DNA of 63,821 bases, counting the filler, from Hyphochytrium catenoides (Eukaryota; Protista; Hyphochytriomycota): assembly GCA_900088475.1 (NCBI GenBank). It is 19 parts of 19 records of this genome, joined end to end, with 100 filler letters (N's around TTAATTAATTAA, not from the genome) between each part and the next. Parts side by side here need not be neighbours in the genome. Positions count along the whole stretch, not along the records: positions 31,124 to 38,022 come from FLMG01001818.1; positions 38,123 to 42,365 come from FLMG01001326.1; positions 42,466 to 45,116 come from FLMG01003641.1; positions 45,217 to 48,748 come from FLMG01001022.1; positions 48,849 to 50,766 come from FLMG01003870.1; positions 50,867 to 53,239 come from FLMG01002000.1; 13 more parts are not named here. One strand, written 5' to 3'. Below the pieces are notes generated by a model. The model was not told the origin of the DNA and did not search any database. It saw nothing but the letters and a program-made list of their open reading frames with translations. Each line of letters begins with the position of its first letter. Position 1 is the stretch's first letter. Shown in pieces: positions 37,696 through 51,140 of the stretch. Both the position numbers and the translations under genes were made by a program.

Positions 37696-38122
37696 CGACA
37701 GCTAGAGAAAGAGAGAGAGAGAGAGAGAAACGACAGCTAGAGAGATAGGAAGAGAGAGAGAGTCGACGAAGAGAAAGAGAGACGAAAAGAAGGCAGAGGG
37801 GGAAAGACGAAAGAGAGGAAGAGAAGAGAGAGAGGAAGAGAGAGAGAAAGGAGGAGGAGAAGGAGAGGCAAACAGATAGAAGATCGACTGAGAGAGAGAG
37901 AGAGAGAGAGAGAACGAGAACCTTTTCCCGGCACGAATGCTCATTTTGCTTTTTAATTCAAAGGCTTATCCATGATGCCCTTGGCCTTCTGGTCAAGGGT
38001 CTGAAACGCGAAATTGTGTGTGNNNNNNNNNNNNNNNNNNNNNNNNNNNNNNNNNNNNNNNNNNNNTTAATTAATTAANNNNNNNNNNNNNNNNNNNNNN
38101 NNNNNNNNNNNNNNNNNNNNNN

Positions 38123-39098
38123 GGGGAGAGAGAGAGAGAGAGAGAGGGGGAGAGGGAGAGGGAGAGGGAGAAAAGAAGAGAAGGCAAGGAGAGAGAGAGA
38201 CGGACAGAGAGGAAGAGAGACCAGAGAAAGACAAAGACGGGGAAAAAAGTAGAGAGAGTGGGGGAGCCGACGTCATGACCGAGAGAGAGAAAGAGAGAAA
38301 GAGGGAAAGAGAGGCAGATATAACATCCATCACCTCCTGGCGAATACTGGCCTCCACTGTCCCTCCGCAGCTGGGGCATGAAAGAAGATTGACGCTCCGC
38401 TCAGGGTCAATCCTATTGACGCCGTCACTGAGCTTCACGGAAGAAGGAAGAGTCATGGACTCGGAGAGAGAGAGAGACGGCGGGAGAGAGAGAGGCGGAG
38501 AGGACGAGTTGCTAGGATTGTCCAGACGAATGGAGCTCGCCCAAAGCAGCCAGACTTTGTCTGCAGGATCCACCTAAAAAAAGGGAGAGAAGAGTTTTAG
38601 ACAGAGAAAGAAACTTTTGATATAGAAGAAGATGAAGAATAATAAGATGTAAGAGACAGAGAGAGAGAGAGAAGAGAAAGAGAGAAAAGCTTTGCTAATA
38701 TTATCTAGGGGACCATCAGGAAGGCACAAAGATTTATGTAAAGCAGGAAAGAGAGCAGGAGGAGACCGAAAGAGAAGAAAATGAAATAGAGAGAACTAGG
38801 ATAAGGGAGAGAGGAAGGAAGAAAGGAGGAGAGCGAAAGAGAGGAACGGAGCGAGAGAGAGACAGAGACAGACAAGGGGAGAGTGAGTGTGCGCCCGCGC
38901 GCGAGAGAGAGAGGACGAGCTGTAGAGGGCTCCGATGGTCACTCACCTTCAGTGAGAGAACCATTCTGGAGATCTTGATCTTCTGAAAGGAGACTTCTGC
39001 GATGTGTTTGGTCAGATCTTTGCACAGTCCTTGGACGATGCGAGGGAGATTGGACCCGCGCACCGGTGCTGAGAGAGAGAGAGGGAGAGAGAGAGAAG

Positions 39099-39161
<63 letters not shown>

Positions 39162-39617
39162 GGAAGAGAGAGAAAGAAGAGGGTGAGAGGAGTCAGAGGC
39201 AGGTTTGAAGGTTGGAGCATTTGAAGAAAGGTGAGGCGGAACAGTAGGAGAGAGTGGACAGGGAAGAGAGAGAAGGCGCTTGTTAGGATATGATAGGGAG
39301 AGAGACGGGGAGAAGCATTGGGAAAGAGAGAAAGACGGAATGGACAAAAAGAGAGAGGGAGAGAGATAAGGCTGAGGGCCAATGTCAAGTCTCTTTCTCG
39401 CTAGTCTTTCTCAGGACTCAGCCACGAGGGCTCGATGAATAACGAAACAAAAAACAACGGCCCGAGAGAGAAAAAGAGAAAGAGAGAGAGACGGGAGCGA
39501 GACAGTGTGAGAGAAAGAGAGAAAATGTGTGACAAAGACGAAGAGAGCAGGGAGGGGGGAGTCGAAGGAACAGAGACATAGAGAGGATTAGAAGAAATAA
39601 TCTATAAAGGGAAGAAA

Positions 39618-39678
<61 letters not shown>

Positions 39679-40911
39679 AGGGAAGAAAGAAAGAAAGAAA
39701 GAGAGAAACGATAAAAAGACAGGCTCTTCTCCCTGGTTGGAGTACCAGGAACGCTGTGATGTTCTTCTCCCTCGTAGGTGACGGCTCTCTCATACATTCC
39801 ATAGCGCTTGTCGTGCAGCTTCCGCACACAGATTCTCCTTTCTAGGAGACAGACCTTAGGCGACCAGATCGCGCGAGTCACAGCTGGACAGGGAGAAGCG
39901 GTAAGTATATGCGATTCTTCAGTTCCTCTTCTCTTATCCTAGCTGCTTTCACTTTCCCCCTTTGCCTCTCTCTCTCTCTCTCTGTTTCTTTTTTCTCTCT
40001 CTCTCTTCTTTTGCTCTCATTTTTTCTTTCGCTCTTCCCTCTCTCTCCCTCTCTCTCTCCCCCTCTCTCTCGTTTTCTCTCTTTTCGCGCTCTCTCTTTC
40101 TCTCCCTCTCTCCCTTCTATTTTCTCTCCCTCTCTCCCTCCCGTTCTTATCCCTCTCTCTCTTCTGTCTGTCTGTCGGTCCCGCAGCTGTGGCCTTACAA
40201 TTCGACACTCCTTTAGGCTCGATGAACCTCTGGACAATGCCGTTGTTCACTTTTTCACGATTGTAAAGGAAATCCCCTAATGTCAAGGAGACAGAGAAGA
40301 AATTAGATGCCTTTTGGGCTCTACCTTTCTTTCTCTCCTTCTTCTTATTTCCTCTCTCTCTTCCTAACTTTCTCTTTCTTTAAGTCTTGTCACTGTCTTT
40401 TCTCTCTCTCACACACACACTTTTTCTCTCTCTCCCTCTTTCCTCTCCTATATGTACATATGTCTCTCCCCCGTTTCCTTCTGTCTGTCTGTCTCCCTTC
40501 CAATTTTGTCTCTTCCCCTTAGTCAGGAGTCAGGTCTACGGGCGAGGGAAACTTACGGAAGCCTTCCTTATCAAAATATTCGATGGTGAGCTTCTTCGAT
40601 GCTAGGGAAAGAGAGAGAGAGAGGTGAGGACTAGTCCCTTGGAGACTCGAGAGATGCAGTGGACGCACCAAGCGCAGAAGAGAATCAAGAGCAAGAGAGA
40701 GAAAAAGGAGAGAAAGAGAGGGAATGAGAGGGTTAAGATCAGAAGAGAGAGAGAACTGGCTCTGGCTTCTCAGCGCAGCGCCTCTGCAGTAGTGTCCCGC
40801 TCTTACCGTCTTGGCAGATGTAATATCCCACGATATCAGACCCATAGACTTTCTTCGTGAAGGCTTCTTCAATCTTCATGTTCGTCTGAATGCAGAGAGA
40901 GAGAAAGAGCG

Positions 40912-40978
<67 letters not shown>

Positions 40979-41436
40979 AATGACAGTAAGAGAAAGATGT
41001 CTAGCTTCTACGGCAGCGTCCGTTGCTTCTAAGCATCATACTTGTTGAGCATCATCATGCTGGTCCTCTCTCCTGAACGCACAAACTATTTTTCTCTCTC
41101 TCTCATTCTCTTCCTATGTCCCTCTTCCTTGAGCCTTGTTTTTAGTCCTCTTCTTCCACAAGCGGCCGAAGCTCTCGCTCGGCGAGGCCTCCTAGGGCGA
41201 CGCATTCTCTTTCTCTCTCTCTCCTGCTTACAATGCTCAATCCCTATTCATCGTCTGTTTCCTCTATTTGCCTCTTTTCTCTCCAGCTTCCTTGCTCTAG
41301 GGTGAACTCTTTCCCTCGACCCAGTCTTCCTTCCTGGTACCTTCTCTCCTTCCTCTGGCTGCCCCATCCCACGCTACGCTCTACCTCCTATCCTCTCTCT
41401 CTCTCCCTCTCTTCTCTGTCTCTCTCTGTCTCTCTA

Positions 41437-41485
<49 letters not shown>

Positions 41486-41702
41486 TCCTCTCCCTACTGA
41501 CCAGATTGTGCTTGTTCTTCTTCTTGATCTTGCCATCCGAGGCGGTGAAGAACCAAAAGGCTGGCTGTCTGAACTTGTAGATGATCGTATCAGGAATATT
41601 GATGCTCGGACCCTGGTCAAATTCATCCTTGGACCAGAGATAATAATAGAGATTCTCGATCAGACCGTCGCCCTCAAGAGGCAGCTTGTTCAGGGTGATC
41701 AT
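38123..41702 (-). CDS. Conserved-looking hypothetical protein, 3' truncated (exons 41702-41502, 40885-40807, 40601-40557, 40276-40199, 39883-39746, 39068-38947, 38573->)
   Basis: Six phase-consistent GT-AG introns giving [58 protein letters not shown]. Confidence 0.85.
39610..39700 (+). repeat. (GAAA)n tetranucleotide microsatellite inside an intron
   Basis: Directly visible. Confidence 0.95.
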
Positions 41703-42465
41703 CTCTCTCTCTCTCTCTCTTTTCTCTCTCGTCTCTCTCGTCTCTCTCGTCTCTCTCTCTAATCTATCCTTCTGCTTATCACTTAGAAAGGAAAGAAGCA
41801 GGAAGAGAGAAGTGGAGATCTGAGTGTCCCTCGTCTATTGCTTTTTCCTTTGCTTGTCTATGAGGGAAAGGCCCAGAGGAACGCGTGAGGTCTCCTCTTT
41901 TGAGAACATTAGCCTCCTTCCTTCAGATCGTCGCGAGGCTCCATCCTCCCGATCCTCTCACGGCAGCAAAGCGCTGGGCGGGGCGCTATGGCCAGTGATA
42001 GGGGAGAGAAGGCTCGCGCAGGAGACGAAGAGAGGCCGCGGAAAGGAGGAGCCGAGGGAAGAGATGCCGATGGATGAGGAAGAGTTGAGGCTTGCAGACG
42101 CTGAAGGGCAGGAAAGTGATGAGCTCCTAGGATAGAAGTGAGGCCTGGCAGGCTGGAGGGGAGAGGAGAGAAGGAGACAATGTGTGAGGGTTATAAGCAA
42201 TTAGAAAGAGAGGAGAGAGTCTGCGGGGAGGAGCGCGTAGGAGAAAGGCTGTAAAAGGCTGGAGCCTACAGAAGACTGACAGCAACAAGACGAGATACTG
42301 CCAGAGCGAGACGGAGGAGCAATCGTGAAGAGAGAGAAACGAGAGGAGGAGAGAGAGAGAGAGAGNNNNNNNNNNNNNNNNNNNNNNNNNNNNNNNNNNN
42401 NNNNNNNNNTTAATTAATTAANNNNNNNNNNNNNNNNNNNNNNNNNNNNNNNNNNNNNNNNNNNN

Positions 42466-43430
42466 CCTGACTCCTCTGAACTGACCCCCGAAGAAGAGCT
42501 CGAACAGTTCGTAGTCCCACATCACACGTCTGGTGCCACAGAAGCCGAAGAACCTCAGGAAGACTGCACAACATCTGTATCATCACCTTCGTCGAGTAGT
42601 AGGAAGCATCGTCGGCGTCGTCAGCGCCATGATAGACGTCAGGAGAAGCCCATCTCAATCGGTAATCGGTACCGACGCTTGTATCAGAAGCTGGAGGAAG
42701 CTGAGCAGAAGCACAAGAGTCTCGAGCGGCAACTTATGCGCCAAGCAACGCCGTCCAACTACCAATCAGTAGAGCAAATGTACATAGGTGGAAGGGAGAG
42801 CCTTCGACGAGTCAGGGCCTTCCGTGAACAACTCTTGTCCACACTGACTGACATCTTCCCAAAACAAGAAGGAGCAGAGGTGACATCATCTGTCTTTCAC
42901 CTCGGTAACACGTTGGTCCATGACCCTCTTCCAAGAACTGCTAGTGGCGCGGCAGGGAATCCATTGCACGAGCAATTAGGTGTTACTACGATTGCAACGG
43001 GAGAGACCTCGTGTTCTGACTTATGGTACGTCGTATGGCCTGAACTGTGACCCAACCAGCTTGTACACTGCTATACTAAGCCCACGATCGCCTTCGCTCG
43101 CATAGGTCTATGTACACGGAAGCCTTTGAATGGTTTGCTTGGAAAGATTGCAAGAGGCAAGCATGGGATCCGCGTGGTGATAGGATCAGCATCCTTTCAG
43201 TCTTTGAGGCCATGCCGCGAGGTGGTGGAGAAGTGCAAGAGCAAGGTAGTAGAGGCGAAGAGCCCCATCTCCTGCGGCTCTATTGCCTCCATCACATAGT
43301 GTTCACAACGGACAACCGCATCCTCTTTGTGGCAACGAAGTTTTTTGAGATCGATGCGCCTTTTAGAGCCCTGGAAGATCTACCATTCAGCTATACTTCC
43401 ATAGAAAGTGAACCAGGAGCGCTTCGCTAG
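42466..43430 (+). CDS. Hypothetical protein, 5' truncated (exons <42466-43025, 43106-43430); basic region plus coiled coil
   Basis: Frame is open from the scaffold start. An 80-bp GTACGT...CATAG intron with a TACTAAG branch-like site joins DLW-SMYTEAF in phase. Confidence 0.65.
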
Positions 43431-45851
43431 TAGCAGGTTCGCCCAGAGTAACAGCGGTAGCCCTTGAACTAATGAGTCAACGGGGTTCCCGATTAGATTG
43501 ACGCTCAATAAGTGAAGCTACTGGTTCTATTTTGCGATGACAAGACGACAACAGTGGTCGTTGTATACGATGAAGCACCGGGACCTCCTGGAGAGCGCGC
43601 TTCTAGGATTTCCGTTGTAAGACACCTGTCACATCTGGCTGGTCCAGATTCATAATGGAGCTGAAAGCATCGTTGAACCTCACGTGTTGCCTGTCATTAG
43701 GAGGAAGAAATGTACTCTTCCACCGTCCCTAACGTCAGTCTAAGCTCTCAACAACCAGTAGAGGTAATAGGGAACAACTTACCTCTGCTTCTTTCTTGGC
43801 ACCCTGCGGACCAGTGAACCTCTTCGACCGTGAGCAGCTGAGCAACATTCTGCTGAGTGTGAAGTAGGTCGCCGGTTTGGGTGATAGATACTACGTGATC
43901 ATGGAAGATACCTGTCGATCCAATGCCCTCCCCTCCTTGCACTGCGCGGGGTACAGCTCTGAAAAGGGTCTATACGAAGCCGGCACCTATGCTTATCTTG
44001 CCAAGTATCCGTCAAAATTGACCACGGAATGGTAGTAGGTGGACTTCTGCTGCTGGAGCAATCCTTGGGGCATTCGATGTCGTTTCTTCTCAGCCTCTAG
44101 TAGTAGTCTCGCACCGAGGCTCTCCATTCGGTGTCGGAATGAGCTTAAGCCCGATAACCTCTTTCCTGAAGAACTGCCGCCTTCTCGTCTTGCTTGTCGT
44201 CCTCCTCGTCTTCTTCTATTCTTACTACCATCTTCTACTTCCTTCTCCACCATACTACTAACAATCTGTCTATTGTTTCTCAGAGCCCGCTTGAATTTTC
44301 TATCAGCTCGCTTGAAGTAGAATAGGTTGAAGTGCTCTTCCCACTTGTTGGCCACACTTTGACGTCTGGTCGTATCATGAAAGCGACAACCTCGAAGAAG
44401 CTAAGTCGTCTACTAAGAATGAAGAAAGGTCTTTCTAGTTTGGAAAACAAGGAACGGCGAGACGTCTTCTTCTAGAGGAGATGGGTAGGAGAAAGATGAA
44501 AAGGTCTATCATCGCTGCCTTGGATTTCTTGTCTTGCCTCCTATGACGGTTAAAGATCTCATGGAACTCATCAACGTCCGAGAAGGACATTGATAGCAAG
44601 ACTTTGTTAAGAACGTCGTTGACCTTTATTATGAGCATGCTTCTTGGCCGTCTCTGATCTTCATCTCCTCTGTTGGTATCAAAAGATTGGTGTATGAGTA
44701 TCTGGGTGATACCACTCTTCTGCACCACTAACAATTTTGCTTCAGGAGCCCATGCTTGATGATGCCTGCATCGATCAGAAGAAGAAGAAGCTTATATTGA
44801 CTGGGTGGCTGGTTGTTGAACAAACGCGATCGATCAGGTAGTAACTTGCTTTCTGAGATCTTGCGACGCTCTGCTATGCAGCAGAAGAACGTTTATAGGT
44901 TCTCCGCTATCTATTATTGAGCCCATCAGATGCTGGGCTATGAGTTGTTATCCTGTCCAAGTAGATCGCAAAGCAAAGGGCTAAAGAATCAATGCAGTTC
45001 TAATCAGACTATCCTCTGCTGCGCGCGACGACCACTTCTACGTTTATTAAAAAGTAGTACTCCGGAGTAATTTTTTTTGGTCCCTCAATGTAGGAGCGAG
45101 GTGATGATCAAACAACNNNNNNNNNNNNNNNNNNNNNNNNNNNNNNNNNNNNNNNNNNNNTTAATTAATTAANNNNNNNNNNNNNNNNNNNNNNNNNNNN
45201 NNNNNNNNNNNNNNNNCTCTCTCTCTCTCTCTCTCTCTCTCTTTTCCTCGTTGTGCTTCGTCTCTGGTGGTTCCGAAAGAAAAGAGAGTAGATGACCAAT
45301 AAGAGAGAGAGAGAAGTATAAGAGGAGAGAGAGAGATGGAGAATTTAGAAATCCATTTTTTCCTTGACTCTTTCTCTCTTTGCTTTGCTTCACCCTCACT
45401 ACTTGGGTAGGACATTTCCTTCATTCCTCTTATCTTTCTCTCTCTTTCTCTCACTCTCTCTGTTTCTCTCTCTCTGCTCTCTCTTTCTTCACTCTCTCTC
45501 CTTTCTTCGCCATCTTCTATTTCTTCTCGCGCACTCCATGTTCTCCCTTATCTCTCTTGCTCTCTCTCTCTCTCTGTATGCGTTATAAGGATATAGACCA
45601 CGAAATTCTATTAGTGACGGACAAATATAGTAAGAAGTGTAGAGAGACAGATGGACATACTAAGAGAGAGAAAGAAAGAGCCTCGGACTGTCTTCTCTAA
45701 ACTCTTTGAGTCTATCTCTCTTTCTCTCTCTGTTTTCCCAGTGTCTCTCTCTCGTTTCCGAGATTGGCGATAGCAATGCATGAGAGGCGAAGTAACAAAA
45801 GAGAGAAAGAGAACGTATCCACCACCGTGAGTCTCTCACTGACTCACACAC

Positions 45852-45903
<52 letters not shown>

Positions 45904-46002
45904 CATCGCACTCTCGCTTTCTACTAGGATAACATATATGAAACAAGAGTTGTCTTTGAGGCTTTGCTGACGCTTCTCTCTCTTGTTTTTTGCTTCACTG
46001 TC

Positions 46003-46211
46003 CTAGACTTTGCTCCAACCGCGCTTGACCTGCAAGAGGAAACGAGGCAGGGAGAGAGAATGAAGAAAGAGAGAGAGAAAGAGAAAAGGAGAGAGAAAGA
46101 GAAAGAAGGAGAGAGAAAGAGAGGGGGAGGAAAGGGGGTAGAGAGAGAGAGAGACAGAGAGATGGAGAGAGAGGGACAGAGAGAGAGAGAGCAAAGGAGG
46201 AAGAAGGCAAA

Positions 46212-46248
<37 letters not shown>

Positions 46249-46631
46249 NNNNNNNNNNNNNNNAGAGAGAGAGAGAGAGAGAGAAAGGATGTGGGAGATT
46301 GTGAGAGAGAGAGGAATGTACAGTCCTAAAACTAAAAAGGAAACAAGCTAGAAAGAGCGAAGGAAAAGATAGAGAAGATCTAGATCTGAGGAAAAAATGA
46401 TAGCGAGAGAGGCAAGGAAACAATAAAAAGAGGGAGAAGAGAGACTTTGGGGTAAAGTAGAAAAGATAAGGGAGAAGTATAGGCGGAAGAGAAGAGAGAG
46501 AGGAGATAGAGACAGCCAGCCTGGAAAGAGGGAACGGGGAAAGAGAGGACAAGAAAGAGAAGGAGGCACACACAGAGAGACGAAGCCAGGGGACGCCAGC
46601 TGTGCCCAGAGGGAGAAAGAAGAGACAAAAT

Positions 46632-46675
<44 letters not shown>

Positions 46676-48216
46676 CTGAGAAACTTGGACAAGCAAAGAG
46701 AGAGAACCCCTAGAAAGAGGAGCAAAATGCAAAGAAGTCTCACCTCTTCTGATAAACCATCTGAGGACGTTGACGAGAGAGAAGAGAAGGAGGAAGAGGA
46801 AGAAGAGGTATCGAACTCGGCAAGATAACTCTCCCTAAGACTGTCTATTTTCTCTTCTCGAGAGACAGAGAGCGACGAGCGAGAGAGAAGAGATCGAGAG
46901 AGAAACGATGAACGGGAGAGAATAGAAGAGCGAGGAAGAGTGGAGCGAGAGGAGGAACGAGGCTGAGAGATGGTAGAGGGAGCGGTAGAGGAGGTGCCAG
47001 AGCGAGTGCGAGGAAGAGAGGAAGAAGAGAGTTTCTCGTTCTCTTGTCTCTCCGTCACAAGTTTCTCTCTCTCTCTCTCTATTTCCGCCAGCGTCGCTCT
47101 CCTGATGTGCTCTTCCTTTATCTTGTCCAGGTCCAAATGGCCCTCAAAGTCAGAGAGAGGGGTACCAGGCGTTTGGAGCACGAGAGAGGGAGAAGAGAGA
47201 GAGAGAAGAGTCCCTCTCCCCACTCTTTTCTTATCTCTCCCGCCTTTCATGTTTCCTCTTTCTCTTCGGTAAGCTCTTCTCTTCCGGTCCAGACACCGCC
47301 AGTAGACACCAGACCAGTAGAAAATTACAGCGTTCAGGAAGCCAACCAAGGGAACCAGCAGCTGGAGGGAGAGAGAGAGAGAGAAGCGGGGAAGAGAGAG
47401 AGTTAGAGAGAGAGAGAGAGAAAAAGAGAGAGAGAGAACCAGGGAATAAAGCCTTTGAGGTAATGACAACTTCGTTTAAAGGGCACTCTTCTCTTTGCAC
47501 TTTCTCTCTCTTCCCTCCTCTTCACCCGTCCGGTGTGCCTCTCTCTCCTTGCTTCACCATTTCTCTTCTTTTCTCTCACATCTCCCTCCCTCTGTCTCTC
47601 TGTCTCTCTCCTTTTCTTCTCATATCTCCCTCTCTTTGTCCTTCTTCTTCATCTTGTCATCTCTCTCCGCCCTCCTCTCTCTCACTTTTCCTTCTTTCTC
47701 TTTTTCACCTTCTCTTTCCTCCCACTCTCTCTCTCTCTTTCGCTCTCTCTCGCTCTCGCTCTCTCTTTTCATCTCTTTCCTCCCACTCTCTCTCTCTCTC
47801 TCTTCGCTCTCTTTTCGCTTTCGCTCTCTCTTTTCATCTCTCTCTCTCCTTCTCTCTCTCTCTCTCTCCATATCTTTCTTACCGCTTGTAAGAAGTCCAA
47901 GGCAAAGAGTCTTTCTCCTCCCGCCACCATCTCTTCGTCTCTCTCTCTCTCCATCGCGGAAAGACTGTCTCTGTACATTTCCTCTGTGTCCCAATAGAAT
48001 TGTAAGGCGCGGTTGGCGGTGGCAGGAAGCCAGCAGATCAGGAAAGAAAGCGTGTAACAGCGGCATTTGGTCATATAACGGCGCCGGATACGGAGGATCT
48101 CTTCGATCTCTCTCTCTAAGCTAGAGAGAGAAAGAGAGAGAGGGAGAGAGAGAAAAGAGGGAAGAGACGGAAGAGGAGAAAGAGGGAAGGGGAGAGAGCG
48201 AGAAAAGGGGAGCGAG

Positions 48217-48266
<50 letters not shown>

Positions 48267-48748
48267 NNNNNGGGGGGAAGGGGAGAGGAGAAAAAAAGAG
48301 AGAGAGAGAGAAAAGAAGAAGAAGAGAGGCAGAGGACAACCACCGAGTTGGGATGGCGGAGCGCATGTTAGTGAGAACAGCGTCAGAGGAACTCTTCCCC
48401 TTCATTAATCCTTCTTGAATCCATGGGTCTTCCTCTCTCTCTCTCTCATTCTTCTCTCCTTCCACCCTCTCTCTCTCTTTCGTTCTCTCATTCTTCGTTG
48501 ATGCCCTTCGCAGCTTCGTCGTTCTCTTCCCCCGGTTAACATGCTGAGATCTTTCTCTGTCTCTGTCGCTCTTTCACTCCCTCCCTCTCTCTCTGTCTCT
48601 CTCTCTCTTCTCTGTCTTTCTCTCTGTCCCTGTTTCTCTCTCTCTCTGCTTCTCTCTCTCCCTCTATTTCTCTCTCCCTCTTCTCTTTCTCTCATTGCCT
48701 CTTCCTGTCTCTCTCAGTCTCTGCCTCTCTCTCTCTCTCTCTCTCTCT
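46003..48748 (-). CDS. cAMP-receptor-like (CAR/GCR1/GPR157-type) GPCR, C-terminal part (exons ->48344, 48120-47883, 47361-46744, 46029-46003)
   Basis: TM6 YTLSFLICWLPATANR and TM7 QA-LLVPLVGFLNAVIFY; Ser-rich tail; phases consistent. Confidence 0.85.
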
Positions 48749-49258
48749 NNNNNNNNNNNNNNNNNNNNNNNNNNNNNNNNNNNNNNNNNNNNTTAATTAA
48801 TTAANNNNNNNNNNNNNNNNNNNNNNNNNNNNNNNNNNNNNNNNNNNNGAGAGAGAGAGAGAGAAAAGAGAGAGAGAAAGAGAGTGAGAGAGAGAGAGAG
48901 AGAGAGGGAGAGAAGGAGAGAGACGGCAGCAGGTGGAAGCGAGAATCGCAAAGAACCGAGGTGACAGGGCAACAGATGAAATAGACAGAGAGCCAAAGAA
49001 AGTGAGGAGGAAGGAGAGAGAACGAGGGAGAGACCGACAAGCAAAGAGTGAGAGGAGGAGAGAGGGACATGGAGGGGAGAACGGCGGGATAGTCTTCATC
49101 AAGGAAAGAGAGACCATCACATCGGACAGAAAGCGAGACAGAGGGAGACAACCAGCCAAAGAAAAAGAGAGGGCGAGAGAGGAAGAGAGAGGGAGTGAGG
49201 AGAGAGAGAACGAGGGAGAAAGAAAGATAGTTGAAAGCTCCTCAAAAGATCACCTTAC

Positions 49259-49292
49259 CTCCAAACTCTATCTGCAGCGGTACAGACGCCAT
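49259..49292 (-). CDS. URM1: Probable first exon of ubiquitin-related modifier 1
   Basis: MASVPLQIEFG-G followed by a GTAAG donor resembles the URM1 N-terminus (..EFGGG). Only 11 codons are visible. Confidence 0.45.
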
Positions 49293-50192
49293 TGGAGCTC
49301 AGTCTTTCCGTTAAAGCATTCCAGCGAGCCGCAGGAGAGAGAAACAGAGAGAGAGAGAGAGAGAACAAGGATGCACAAGGATGCTGTTTGATCTATTCTA
49401 GAGAAAATGAATAGCAGACAAGAGAGAGAGAGAAAGCAAGAGAGAAGTGAAGAGAGGCAGAGTCTCAAGTTGGGAGAAGGGCAACGGTAGGCAAAGGCCG
49501 GAGACCGGAGCTGGAGCTAATGCGCAAGAAGAGATAAACGTCGACTGACTGAAGCGCGGCAATAACGCGACGGAGAGAAAGAGAGAGAGAGCGCCAGAGA
49601 GAGAGAGAGAGGGACGAAGAGAGATATTTCGATAGAAAGGGAAGAGAGAGGAGGAAAGAGAGATTGCGTTTTGGGAATAGAGCTGGGATGTCCCTCGCGT
49701 ATGCTCGAGGCTGAAGAGACAGTAAACTGAGAAAGAGGGGACAGCAGGGAAGAAGGGAAGAGAGAGAGGAAAGGCGGGGCCTCGGTTGCCATCTGTCAGC
49801 AAGAAAGCGGGGGAGGGGGAGAGAAAAATGGAGTTCTCAGACTTTGACCATCATCGCCGCGAGAGGGCAAAGGACCCCCAACCTTCTCTCTTTGTCTCTC
49901 TCTCTCTCTCCTCTTGCTCTCTCACTCTTTCTCTTTTCTCTCTCGCTCTCTTCTTCTCTCTCTCTTCCCCGCCTTGCCTTGGGGTGGTCACGCATCACTC
50001 TCAATGAGGACTACTCGTCAGGGGCAACCTGTCGGGAAAAACTTCTGTCGCCCGGTGATTTTCTTTGGGGCCTGGTTCCTGCTCTCTCTCTCCCTCTCTT
50101 TCTCTCTCTCTCTGTCTCTCTGTCTGTTCTCTCTCTTTCTCTTTCTCTCTCTCTCTCACTCCTCCTCTCACTCACTCACTTTGTCACACACA

Positions 50193-50226
<34 letters not shown>

Positions 50227-50238
50227 CTCTCTCTCTCG

Positions 50239-50277
<39 letters not shown>

Positions 50278-50866
50278 CCTTCTCTCCCCATTGTGTGTCA
50301 CTATGTCCGCCCTCTGTCTCCCTTCCCAAAAGAAGAAGGAGGAATAAGACATACAACTCATTGATCCTTCTATTTTTTCTATGTACTTTTTTGCTTTCAT
50401 TCTCTCTCTCTCTCGCTCTCTGTCTGCCTCCCTGGGGCTCTCTGCCTAACCTCTCTCCCTCGGATCTATAACTATCTTGCTCTCTTTCTCTCATCCTCTA
50501 TCTCTATCTCCCTCTCTGTCTCTCGCTTTTACCGTTCTGCCTGTCTTCTCATTCTGTAGGCCCGCATCTGGCTCTATTATTTTCTTCTCACAAAAATTCC
50601 ACAAAGATTCCGGTTCAGACCGTTAACGGCTATTCCTAATGCAACCACCGAGAGTCATGTTAAGAACTAGCTTAGGAACATTCTGTATATATGGAATTGT
50701 GCGTTTAGGAATATACCCCAAGCTATTGGTGAGATGCAGTGTTTTAAACCGCCTGATTCTTGATGANNNNNNNNNNNNNNNNNNNNNNNNNNNNNNNNNN
50801 NNNNNNNNNNTTAATTAATTAANNNNNNNNNNNNNNNNNNNNNNNNNNNNNNNNNNNNNNNNNNNN

Positions 50867-51140
50867 TGGATGCAATGAGGAGCTTGTCACTGAAGTCTTC
50901 GTTGGTCATCATATCTTTGAGCAAATCGCATTGTCTGCGTTGCTCATTCAGGAAGGTTCTTAGATCATCTCCATCCCTATGTTTGTTGGTAAGGAAAGAG
51001 AAGATGAGGGTTGTCACAATATTGTTGACATTGCGGCTCTCGAACTCCTCTGGCAATCTCAACCATGCCTCCCTGGCAGTTCCCTTCCTTGGTAAGAAGC
51101 GCACGAGGTTGTCAGACACGGCAAGGACAATCTTGTTGTA
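50867..51140 (-). mobile_element. Copia gag (UBN2/Retrotran_gag_2-like) fragment
   Basis: KIVLAVSDNLV...TAREAWLRL.EEFE...FSDKLLIAS. Confidence 0.75.

Noticed and set aside
43800-44100. In-frame TAGs in a protein-like frame, suggesting stop-codon reassignment
   Set aside because: Confident genes have no internal stops and end in TAG or TAA (CHCHD2, amylase, acyltransferase). A decayed pseudogene is more likely.
31124-48748. Apparent amylase-GPCR or other functional gene cluster
   Set aside because: The genes lie on different scaffolds joined artificially.
62-50494. Hundreds of poly-SL / poly-ER ORFs in the supplied track
   Set aside because: GA/CT repeats contain no stop codons in any frame. 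These ORFs overlap introns, cross N gaps, or are antisense to real genes.
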